From an uncultured Planctomycetaceae bacterium (GTDB lineage: Bacteria > Planctomycetota > Planctomycetia > Pirellulales > Thermoguttaceae), in contig CAMJTU010000017.1 in the NCBI GenBank assembly GCA_946408825.1, forward strand, positions 1,143-65,142: 64,000 bases of DNA, read 5' to 3'. Below, one piece after another: positions 28,410-36,284 of the stretch. Numbering within the stretch: the stretch's first letter is position 1; the number at the start of each line of letters is the position of its first letter. The position numbers and the translations under genes are program-made. Below the pieces are notes generated by a model. That model had not been told where the DNA came from and searched no databases. It saw only the letters and a program-made list of their open reading frames with translations.

Positions 28410-30179
28410 TTATGCGAAGGGATCGTCTTCCTCGTCCTCTTCCTCTTCTGAGTCCTGTTCGTCGGCAGAATCTTCGACCTCGCCGTCGTCAGCGTCGACG
28501 TCAGCGTCGTCGTCAAAAAGGTCGTCCTCGTCAACGTCCGCGTTTTCATCGTCGGTTCCGGCGTTTTCACCAAGGGACCAGTCAATTGTATCCGACTCCA
28601 TCTCTTGCTGAGATTTTGTCTCGACGCCCCCAAGCAACGGCATGAAGAGCGCGGCGTTCGCTTTGATTGGCTCAAGATCTAATACGACGGCAACGTCCGC
28701 ATTTGAAACACGGGGCTTCAGACCGTCGAAAACCGTGTTAATCACGGGTGAGAGATCAACGTTTTTACCGTCGGCGCTTGATTTAGCAATTTGATCTTGT
28801 ATTGCGCCGACCACAACCGGTTTAACGAGTTTTAACGCCGTTTCTAACGAACTCGCGCCCTTCTTGGCTTCATCTTCATTATCAAAGCCAAGGAATGTGA
28901 CGAGACGGGGAGAACCGACGAGAGAAAGCGCAAGCGTCAGACATTTAACGTCGCTCTCAGCGCTTTGTTCGTCAAACGCTTCTTTGATTGAAGCAATTGT
29001 ATCTTCTGTGTCCGAAGTTTTGGGGGCGGATTTGCCAGCGCCAAGACCGGCGAAGGGGGAGGACGAACTTTCATCGGCGCCCTTTGCAAGGTCGAGAAGC
29101 GAACTTAATTCGCCAATATCCTTTGCCGCCAAAGACAAAACCGCGCCGTCAGTAAGACTTAGACCGCGCATGAAGGGCGCAGACTCTTCTTCGGTCGCCG
29201 GTTTGGCAAATCGATTGCGGATTCTTGGAAGTGTCTCACGGCGAGATTCTGTCCTGTTACGCTCTTTAACTTCTTGAATCTCATTTTGGTAATCTCGCAA
29301 CAAGGAAGCCTGAGACGAACGATTGTCGGATCCCATGGGAGAAACGCCAAGAGAATTCGAACCTGCGCTGAAGCTACTATTGTACCCGTTTGCGCTATTG
29401 TTGCGCGACGAAGCAGAATATGAACCGTAAGCCTTATTCTGCGACTGGAGAAACTTAGCTTGATAGCGCGCGTCAACTTCGGTCGTGTCTAATGGTTTCG
29501 CCGCGTCATGTTTAACGACGGCTATAATAAAGCCATAGCGGACGAAAATGGAATAGGGTTCGAACGTTTTCGAGATCGAATTAATAGCGTCTTTGATCTC
29601 GGCGTCCTTTAAACCAGCTGTTGGGAACGCCACGATCGACGAACCAAGAACTTTATTGTCGTCGCTTACATAACTGATGAAGTACAATTCATCGAGGTGA
29701 TTCTGGAACAAATTTTTAACAACCGCGTTCTGGACCGTGCCGAGGAACGTTTTGAACGAAGTCTTAAGTTGCTTCTTCTGATATTCGCGAAGATCAACGC
29801 GGTACTTATCGTCGGAACGGACAGACCCCGCTCCCTTATCCACAATTTCATCCACAAAGGCAGAAAGGTTTTCATAATCAATTTTACCGTAATTGAAATG
29901 AACGACGCTAACCGCGTCTTTGTAGAGCAACGCCTGTACGGCGCCGACGCTTGAGAAGTCGCTTGGTCGAGAAATACCGCTTCCGAGATTAGAGAGAGAC
30001 GCCGCTTGTCGATTTCCCGTTGTTTCCGGATAGCCCATAGAACCTTCCATAGACTTATCATCGTACGTCTGTGAGAAAGCTTGGGACGCTAGCAAACAAG
30101 AGAGAACGACGCTCAAAAGACAAGGGACGGCAGAACGCGCGGTCGTTCCAAGGGAACGCAACGACAGGAATCGCGACAT
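28410..30179 (-). CDS. Secreted hypothetical protein with polyacidic C-terminal tail
   Basis: 589 aa. The signal peptide is PCLLSVVLSCLLASQAFS-QT. I recognise no domain. The last ~55 aa are almost entirely D/E (DDENADVDEDDLFDDDADVDADDGEVEDSADEQDSEEEEDEEDDPFA). Confidence 0.6.
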   Translation of the reverse strand: MSRFLSLRSLGTTARSAVPCLLSVVLSCLLASQAFSQTYDDKSMEGSMGYPETTGNRQAASLSNLGSGISRPSDFSSVGAVQALLYKDAVSVVHFNYGKIDYENLSAFVDEIVDKGAGSVRSDDKYRVDLREYQKKQLKTSFKTFLGTVQNAVVKNLFQNHLDELYFISYVSDDNKVLGSSIVAFPTAGLKDAEIKDAINSISKTFEPYSIFVRYGFIIAVVKHDAAKPLDTTEVDARYQAKFLQSQNKAYGSYSASSRNNSANGYNSSFSAGSNSLGVSPMGSDNRSSQASLLRDYQNEIQEVKERNRTESRRETLPRIRNRFAKPATEEESAPFMRGLSLTDGAVLSLAAKDIGELSSLLDLAKGADESSSSPFAGLGAGKSAPKTSDTEDTIASIKEAFDEQSAESDVKCLTLALSLVGSPRLVTFLGFDNEDEAKKGASSLETALKLVKPVVVGAIQDQIAKSSADGKNVDLSPVINTVFDGLKPRVSNADVAVVLDLEPIKANAALFMPLLGGVETKSQQEMESDTIDWSLGENAGTDDENADVDEDDLFDDDADVDADDGEVEDSADEQDSEEEEDEEDDPFA

Positions 30180-30442
30180 TTTGTTTCTCCAAACGAATAT
30201 ATTCGAGACTATGAAGTCGAGCGGTCAGCATCGGCTTCTGATCGCAGCTCGAAAAAGCGCCGACCGTCCGCTTGTCGTCGTAATGCGAGCGGAACGGAAC
30301 AACGCCTCTTTATCGACTATTCAAACCGATTATAAAACCACGGCGACTCTTTTTCCAGAGCTTTGATTGTTTCGTGCGTAAAAATCGCCGAATTTTCCGG
30401 TCAAATTTTCGTGAAGTTATTACAACCGTTATAACTGGCAAG

Positions 30443-31924
30443 TCATGCGTTTTTGTTACGGCTTTCATGAGCCCATGCCAAAGACGTCGACATTTGACGC
30501 GTGATTTCCGGAACGACTTTTATAACGACGCTTGCCAATAGGTAAGAGGCTAGTATCGAAAAGCAGTACATAACCGGAACACGATAGCGAATAGAAGATA
30601 CGAAAACAATGTGTAACAAGGAGATATAAAGCGGCGGCACGACGAGAAAATAAGCTGCGTCGTGTTGGCGAACAGTTCGTAATAGTCCCAGTAAGCCGAA
30701 GATTAGAATTGGCGCGTAAGAGACAAAAAGAATAAATTTGAGGAACGGACTCGAAAACGATTGTTCTCTGGGCGTTGGCGACCAAAGACGATAAAACTTA
30801 ATACAAGCAAGCTTTAACACCTTGAATTTATGAGAATTAGCCCATTCAATTGCCGCCGACTTCATTCTTTTATCGAGTCTAACTTCGAAGTGGACTTCTT
30901 CGGAATCTGACGGTTCGTTAAGTTCGTCTTGACGGAAACGATCAACGAAACTCATTTCACTCGCGCCGGTGGCGTCTGGATTTAGTCCGTCATAAAGGCT
31001 TGCGCCCATTTGGAGCGTCGTTATAACCAATTTACCTGAGATCCGATAATTTCTCAACGCCCATGGGAGGAGAAGCGCCACGGTAAAAAAATGAGCAAAG
31101 ACAACGCAAAGTCCTAGTTTTAAAAGTCCTCGTTTAGCGTAAGACGGCAATTTTTCAGCACGACGACGTACGAGTAAGGAAAGAACATAAACGAGTAATA
31201 CGAAACAAGAGGCGAAAGGAAGGAAATAATACCACGAGGGGCGCAAATAGATTGCGGCGGCGTTGAAGAAGGCTAACTTAATCGAGTGAGGGAACAAAGA
31301 ATCGTTTGAAGAAAGAGCGTTCGGAGTTTTATCGTCTTCGGGAATCGTTTTAGAAGATGGAAGAATTCCGAAACGACGCGCCGTTTTGACGAATTCGACG
31401 TTCAGAAGTAATGAAAACGTCATGAAAGGCTCTTCTGAAAGTATGGAAACACTTTGGAGAGCTTCTGTTGGATCTAACGCAACAAAAAGGGAAGCCAGAA
31501 GGGCGATTAGACGTCCTCGATCGCTTTTACCGAAAATTGTTAATGCCAGCCATCCGACAAGAACGACATTAATCGTTCCAAAAATAGCGCCTTCCATTCG
31601 TGCCGCAAAAGTCGGCGGGGTTTCCCCATAAATCCAGAAAAGGGGAGCAAGTATCGCTGGATAACCCGGCGTCCTGAAAATTTGCCATCGTCGCGTCTCG
31701 TCAAATTCGTAAGGACGACCAAAAGCAATTGTTCGTGCTAGTTTCCAGTAAGAATCAGAATCTCCGTAGAAGAATGGTCCATCCTTCGAAACTGACGGAG
31801 GATTAGTCGATTGATTCGCGCTTTTTTCAACGATCGAATTCCAGTAAATCCCAACGCCAACGCGAACTAGCAACGCAAGCGTAAGAATGAAAAGCCAGAT
31901 TGATCGAGAGAGCGTTTTTGACAT
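30443..31924 (-). CDS. GT39/ArnT-PMT-like membrane glycosyltransferase
   Basis: 493 aa and polytopic. The N-terminal loop FFYGDSDSYWKLARTIAFGRPYEF...FRTPGYPAILAPLF resembles the dolichyl/undecaprenyl-phosphate-sugar transferase family. Confidence 0.65.
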   Translation of the reverse strand: MSKTLSRSIWLFILTLALLVRVGVGIYWNSIVEKSANQSTNPPSVSKDGPFFYGDSDSYWKLARTIAFGRPYEFDETRRWQIFRTPGYPAILAPLFWIYGETPPTFAARMEGAIFGTINVVLVGWLALTIFGKSDRGRLIALLASLFVALDPTEALQSVSILSEEPFMTFSLLLNVEFVKTARRFGILPSSKTIPEDDKTPNALSSNDSLFPHSIKLAFFNAAAIYLRPSWYYFLPFASCFVLLVYVLSLLVRRRAEKLPSYAKRGLLKLGLCVVFAHFFTVALLLPWALRNYRISGKLVITTLQMGASLYDGLNPDATGASEMSFVDRFRQDELNEPSDSEEVHFEVRLDKRMKSAAIEWANSHKFKVLKLACIKFYRLWSPTPREQSFSSPFLKFILFVSYAPILIFGLLGLLRTVRQHDAAYFLVVPPLYISLLHIVFVSSIRYRVPVMYCFSILASYLLASVVIKVVPEITRQMSTSLAWAHESRNKNA

Positions 31925-31960
31925 GCAATAACAGATTTGGGAACATGAAGGTTGTCACGA

Positions 31961-32455
31961 TTAATTTTTATCCACAGACGCAACGATGAAGTCGTCGCAA
32001 TTCCTTTTTTGCGCCCGAGGCTTGCAATTTACGACGAGGTTTCTGATTTCTCCTGATTCGAGCGCTCTTATAAACGTTTCGAGATTTGGGTAAATAGCGT
32101 CGTTCAGGAACTTGACAACCCAGTTTACCGTCAATGGAGAGATTATCAAAATAACTGCGCCGTTTTTCCACGCTTCCCAAATCTCAATAGCAGTCCCCAT
32201 TGACGCTTCGGGCAAATACGCTACGAGGACGTCAATATCAGAGCCGCATATCTTGTTGTGCGTCATAAAGATAGATTTGCCTGTTTCTGGGGTGAAAGAA
32301 AGCGAATTTTCGTTTCCTGCCCAAGGATCGAAAATTTCAGAATTAGGAAACGCGCCTCTTAACGCCGTTTTGATCTTTTCACGGTATTCCTGCTCGTACA
32401 GCGACGCTTCAGTTCTCGACCCTTGCATGATTCCTGCAATAAAGAACTTCATCAT
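31961..32455 (-). CDS. Nucleoside 2-deoxyribosyltransferase-like (YtoQ-like) protein
   Basis: 164 aa. KFFIAG at the N-terminus and SDIDVLVAYLPEASMGTAIEIWEAWKNGAVI fit the NDT-fold pattern. This is a weak call. Confidence 0.4.
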   Translation of the reverse strand: MMKFFIAGIMQGSRTEASLYEQEYREKIKTALRGAFPNSEIFDPWAGNENSLSFTPETGKSIFMTHNKICGSDIDVLVAYLPEASMGTAIEIWEAWKNGAVILIISPLTVNWVVKFLNDAIYPNLETFIRALESGEIRNLVVNCKPRAQKRNCDDFIVASVDKN

Positions 32456-32494
32456 ACCCCCCTAACGCCTCAAAAACGACGAATGAGAAACGAC

Positions 32495-32529
32495 AAAAAG
32501 CCCGGAAGAATACTAAACTTCCGGGCTTT
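32495..32529 (-). terminator. Rho-independent terminator after fabF
   Basis: agcccggaag (32499-32508) pairs with cttccgggct (32518-32527), and the minus strand then reads TTTTTG. Confidence 0.65.
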
Positions 32530-32570
32530 AAACTGTTATAAAGGATCTCAGTATTGCCATCGACGTATTT

Positions 32571-33866
32571 TCAATCGACGAATCGTCGAACGACGAGGGA
32601 AACGTCTTGCCCTCCAAACCCGAAACTGTTGCTGAGCGCTACGTCTACATTGACTTTTCGAGCGACGTTTGGCACATAGTCGAGGTCGCAATCAGGATCG
32701 CGAACCTCAAAATTTATGGTCGGCGGCACAATGTTGTCTCGAATCGCAAGCAGACAGTAAATACACTCAGTCGCGCCGGCTGCCGTAATAAGGTGTCCAG
32801 TCATGCTCTTTGTGCTAGAGACCGGAATCTGATAAGCATATTTGCCAAAAACCTCGCGAATCGCCAACGACTCAACTCTATCGTTCACGCTCGTACTAGT
32901 GCCATGAGCGTTTATGTAATTGACTTCTTCAGGTTTAACTCCAGCGTCTTCCAGCGCGAGTTTCATACAGCTGATAGCGCCGCGCCCTTCTGGATGAATA
33001 TCGGTAATACGGTATGCGTCAGAAGTCGATCCGTACCCCGCAATCTCGCCGTAAATTTTTGCATTGCGTTTTTTTGCGTGTTCAAGACTTTCAAGGATAA
33101 CCATTCCGGCTCCTTCCCCGATGATAAAGCCGCAACGACGTTTGTCAAAGGGTTTCGAAGCCTTTTCTGGTTCGTCATTTTCCGTACTTAGCGCCGTAAG
33201 AAGGTTGAAGCCCGTGACCCCGAAAGGATGGATCATCGAGTTTGCGCCTCCCGCTATCATCACGTCCGCCTCGCCCCTACGGATGATTTCCGCCGCTTCG
33301 CCAATCGCTTGAGCGCCGGCAGCGCAGGCTGTCAACGTGTTGACGTTAGGACCTTTGGCGTTAAACATTGCGGCGATATGCGCCGCAGGCATGTTCGGTT
33401 CCTGTTCAAGTTCACGCTGAGGGTTGAGAATTTCAATTCCTTTTTGAACGAACTTGCCCTCGTCAAGATTACCGTTGTCGTCAAGCCCCGCAAGCATCAT
33501 TGCGGAGAAGTCGTCAAAGCTCTGTTCGCCTTCTCCCGCGCCTGTGTAGACTCCCAGACGCTCTGGATCGACGTAACTCGCGCCTTCTCCTAGGAGTCCA
33601 GCGTCTTGCATTGCTTTATATGCCGCGCCGACGCCAAATTTGACGTGACGATCTTGGTTTTTCCAATCGTCGAGATTTTCGCCGATTTCGTCAACGTCCC
33701 AGTTTTTAACTTCAGCGGCAATTTGAGTTGCAAAGTTCGAAGCGTCGAAGAGCGTGATACGTCCAACGCCAGACTCGCCGTTAAGCATGCGTTTCCAAAT
33801 CGTGTCAACGTCATGCCCAAGAGGGGTAACCAGACCGATTCCGGTGACAACAACTTTTTTAACCAT
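32571..33866 (-). CDS. fabF: Beta-ketoacyl-ACP synthase II
   Basis: 431 aa with VVVTGIGLVTPLG, active-site Cys in TLTACAAGAQAIGEA, and the His residues in NAHGTSTS and TGHLITAAG. Confidence 0.9.
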   Translation of the reverse strand: MVKKVVVTGIGLVTPLGHDVDTIWKRMLNGESGVGRITLFDASNFATQIAAEVKNWDVDEIGENLDDWKNQDRHVKFGVGAAYKAMQDAGLLGEGASYVDPERLGVYTGAGEGEQSFDDFSAMMLAGLDDNGNLDEGKFVQKGIEILNPQRELEQEPNMPAAHIAAMFNAKGPNVNTLTACAAGAQAIGEAAEIIRRGEADVMIAGGANSMIHPFGVTGFNLLTALSTENDEPEKASKPFDKRRCGFIIGEGAGMVILESLEHAKKRNAKIYGEIAGYGSTSDAYRITDIHPEGRGAISCMKLALEDAGVKPEEVNYINAHGTSTSVNDRVESLAIREVFGKYAYQIPVSSTKSMTGHLITAAGATECIYCLLAIRDNIVPPTINFEVRDPDCDLDYVPNVARKVNVDVALSNSFGFGGQDVSLVVRRFVD

Positions 33867-34039
33867 TCTCAGAAACTCCTGAACGCCACAGTCGTCGTTC
33901 CAACGACCTAGTAATTTTGCGCTTGATCGTCACGTCAGATCGTCAACCGAGTGAATCGTGTATTAGAGACGTCTAAACAGCGCTTCCAAAGATCTTAGAG
34001 AAGGAACAAACGAACCCCTCTTTCAAGGTTGGCGCCAAC

Positions 34040-34549
34040 TTAATTATTAACGGCGGGATCCTTAAGGGGATTGCCGTTGGCGTCGACCCCGACGTCATAC
34101 ATTCCGTAGGCGCGAACAAGATCGATGAGGTCGCCTTCAGCAAACTGTTTTTTGGAATCAAACTGTGATCCGAGGTGTGCGAAAAAAAGAACGCCTTTAG
34201 CGATTAATTCTTCACCTCTATGGACGGCGACTCTCGCTTGTGAGCCGTCTTCTTCGATGTAATCGGCGACAGCGTCATAAACAAGCACGTCGCCCGGAAC
34301 AATTTCTGTAACGTTGAAGGTTAGCTGTGGAATCTTACCAAGCACGACCTTTTTTTCGAATCGTGTCGCCTCATTGATCATGAGCCCGGCTGTTTGCGCT
34401 AACCCTTCGATAATCAACGACGCAGGGGCAATAGGGTGGAAACGGAAATGATCGCGCAGGTGCTCTTCTGAGCGCGTAATCGACTTGACAGCTTGGGCGC
34501 GTTTACCGCTTTCAAACAGAGTGAAACGATCAATCCAATACCAGTTCAT
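34040..34549 (-). CDS. FabZ/FabA-like hotdog dehydratase (copy 2)
   Basis: 169 aa. EEHLRDHFRFHPIAPASLIIEGLAQTAG carries the catalytic His and Glu of 3-hydroxyacyl-ACP dehydratases. Confidence 0.7.
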   Translation of the reverse strand: MNWYWIDRFTLFESGKRAQAVKSITRSEEHLRDHFRFHPIAPASLIIEGLAQTAGLMINEATRFEKKVVLGKIPQLTFNVTEIVPGDVLVYDAVADYIEEDGSQARVAVHRGEELIAKGVLFFAHLGSQFDSKKQFAEGDLIDLVRAYGMYDVGVDANGNPLKDPAVNN

Positions 34550-34723
34550 GACAGATCCGAAACGAGGTTACGCCATGCTGATGCAGGCGGTGAAACGTAG
34601 GACTATGGAGCGAGACCAAAACAGTCGCGTTCTCTAAACGGCGCCGCCTAGAGACGCCGTTTAGACTGGGAAAAACATGGACTCAAAAGTTGCGTAGTCG
34701 CTACAATGAGTCGTCCGATTTCA

Positions 34724-35107
34724 TCATGCAAGTTTCTGCGCAATGAGATCGCAGATGACCTCGACGGTCAGAATCTTGGAGATATTCTGAACAAGGGGAT
34801 TCTGACGAAACGCGTCAAGATCAGCGTTTGGAAGACGTTCTTCAATCACGCCGAGTCCTGCAGGCGTGAGTTTGCCCTCGACGACATATTCCGGATTCGT
34901 GAAGATGTCTTCAGGAATCAGCTCGCTACGATCGATTTTGATGTTGAATTTCTTTTCAAGATTGAAAACAATCTCAAGAAGATCGATTGATTCAGCTCCC
35001 AAGTCGTCGACAAGGGTAGCTTCGGGGGTGACTTCATTTTCGTCAACGGCAAGAGATTCAACAAGAACGTCGGTAACAGCGGCAAGGATTTCTTCTTTAG
35101 TCGCCAT
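34724..35107 (-). CDS. Acyl carrier protein with C-terminal extension
   Basis: ATG 35107 is preceded by GGAG, giving 127 aa. The phosphopantetheine site lies in DDLGAESIDLLE, and about 45 extra C-terminal residues exceed a typical AcpP. The track ORF starts upstream at 35185. Confidence 0.75.
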   Translation of the reverse strand: MATKEEILAAVTDVLVESLAVDENEVTPEATLVDDLGAESIDLLEIVFNLEKKFNIKIDRSELIPEDIFTNPEYVVEGKLTPAGLGVIEERLPNADLDAFRQNPLVQNISKILTVEVICDLIAQKLA

Positions 35108-35215
35108 GAATAAGGACTCCTTTAGTTTGTTTGGGAAACGCAACGTGCGTTTGAAATCGTCAACGGTCGCTCGAAACGAATTCAAACGAACCGAGATTGA
35201 AATTATAGTTAATAC

Positions 35216-35707
35216 TCAGAAGCTAAGTTCGTCGTTATAGCCCGTCCATAGAAGCGAGAGTTCTTCCTTGAGGGTTTTAACAATCTTGGGATCGAACGCC
35301 CCCTGACTCTTAGTCAGCGACGAAAGATTGTATTTTGCCAACGTAAGTCTAGCGCGAATACGAACCTCGCCGTCAATAGAACCCTGAGCGTCGAGAACTG
35401 TTTCACTCTCAGAATCTGAAACAATACTTGACGTCACAACCATCGTTTGACCAGGTTGGAGAAACTTGCCAAACTTAACTCGCTTGGTTTCCTTCAGCAC
35501 AACGACGCTGTGAGCAAAATTTTCCGTCACCCTTACGAGCCATGCGGAAGCCTGCGTCATTGATTCTATCATGAGGACGCCAGGCATGACAGGGAATTTA
35601 GGAAAGTGATCGCGAAGGTACTCCTCCGACATTGCCAGCGATTTCGTCGCGACAATCGACTTGCCGGGCTCTAATTCATCGATTTTGTCAATCAGAGAAA
35701 AATACAT
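35216..35707 (-). CDS. FabZ/FabA-like hotdog dehydratase (copy 1)
   Basis: 163 aa with EEYLRDHFPKFPVMPGVLMIESMTQ, which closely matches the FabZ active-site motif. Confidence 0.7.
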   Translation of the reverse strand: MYFSLIDKIDELEPGKSIVATKSLAMSEEYLRDHFPKFPVMPGVLMIESMTQASAWLVRVTENFAHSVVVLKETKRVKFGKFLQPGQTMVVTSSIVSDSESETVLDAQGSIDGEVRIRARLTLAKYNLSSLTKSQGAFDPKIVKTLKEELSLLWTGYNDELSF

Positions 35708-36284
35708 GTTGCGAACTTTCCTTTAAAACCGAGGGGAAAACGGCGTCTCTTTCTCTTGTCGGCGGTCTTGGCCAAAAAAATGAACGAATGTTAAAAACTC
35801 GCCCATTTCTCAAACTAGGGCGCTTTCGATTTGTTCAACAGGACAATCGTTTGCTCATGCCAAAGGACGGACCAGTTACGACCAAGAGGCGGAGAATCTC
35901 GCTCCCAAACGCCAAATCGTTCCGACGATTATAACCGTTTCAACGCGTGCTTCAAGGCGAGGAGAGTGAATGTTTCTCATTTTGGAGATTGTTTGGCTGC
36001 CCAAAATGTGACTGACATTTTTCCGATTGTAGTAATTTTAACGGATATGTGAAACGATAAGGGAAAAGAATTTTGAATCTTTTATTCGTGATTTTGATTT
36101 AGGGGTGTAAAACCTATTTGAAAACGAAAGATTCTCAATTAAAATCGGGGAGTTGGCAATCTTTGCCGTGAGGAATAACCACATCGTTTTGGTCAGGAAG
36201 CGGGGCTTTTCTGTTTAGGGGTAGTTTCGCGTCTATTCGTTGTTATACAATTCCAAAACAACGTTCTTTTCCGGGAGTTAAAGA

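Noticed and set aside
28313-28645. 110-aa plus-strand ORF extremely rich in Arg (RRQRRRQRRRQKGRPRQRPR).
   Set aside because: It is the antisense mirror of the GA-rich codons encoding the polyacidic tail of the minus-strand gene, so it is a composition artefact.
29204-29218. A spacing-correct TGGCA-N6-TTGC (sigma-54-like) motif on the plus strand.
   Set aside because: It lies antisense inside the 589-aa secreted-protein CDS with no plausible plus-strand gene downstream, so it is most likely a chance match.
34028-34039. A perfect 12-nt palindrome GTTGGCGCCAAC at the end of the second dehydratase gene, considered as an operator site.
   Set aside because: Perfect 12-nt palindromes are expected by chance several times in 64 kb, there is no second half-site or repeat, and it overlaps coding sequence.
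35970-36011. A 13-codon mini-ORF (MFLILEIVWLPKM) with a GGAG-like RBS in the aroDE/fab divergent region, considered as an aromatic-amino-acid leader peptide.
   Set aside because: It has only one Phe and one Trp codon and no tandem regulatory codons. It also lies ~270 nt from the leader hairpin, which is not a convincing attenuation geometry.
36154-36170. TTGGCA-atct-TTGC resembling a sigma-54 -24/-12 promoter upstream of aroDE, potentially relevant to the EBP in the window.
   Set aside because: The GG-to-GC distance is 10 nt instead of the strictly required 12, so the element is 2 nt too short. It also forms a simple GGCAA/TTGCC hairpin.
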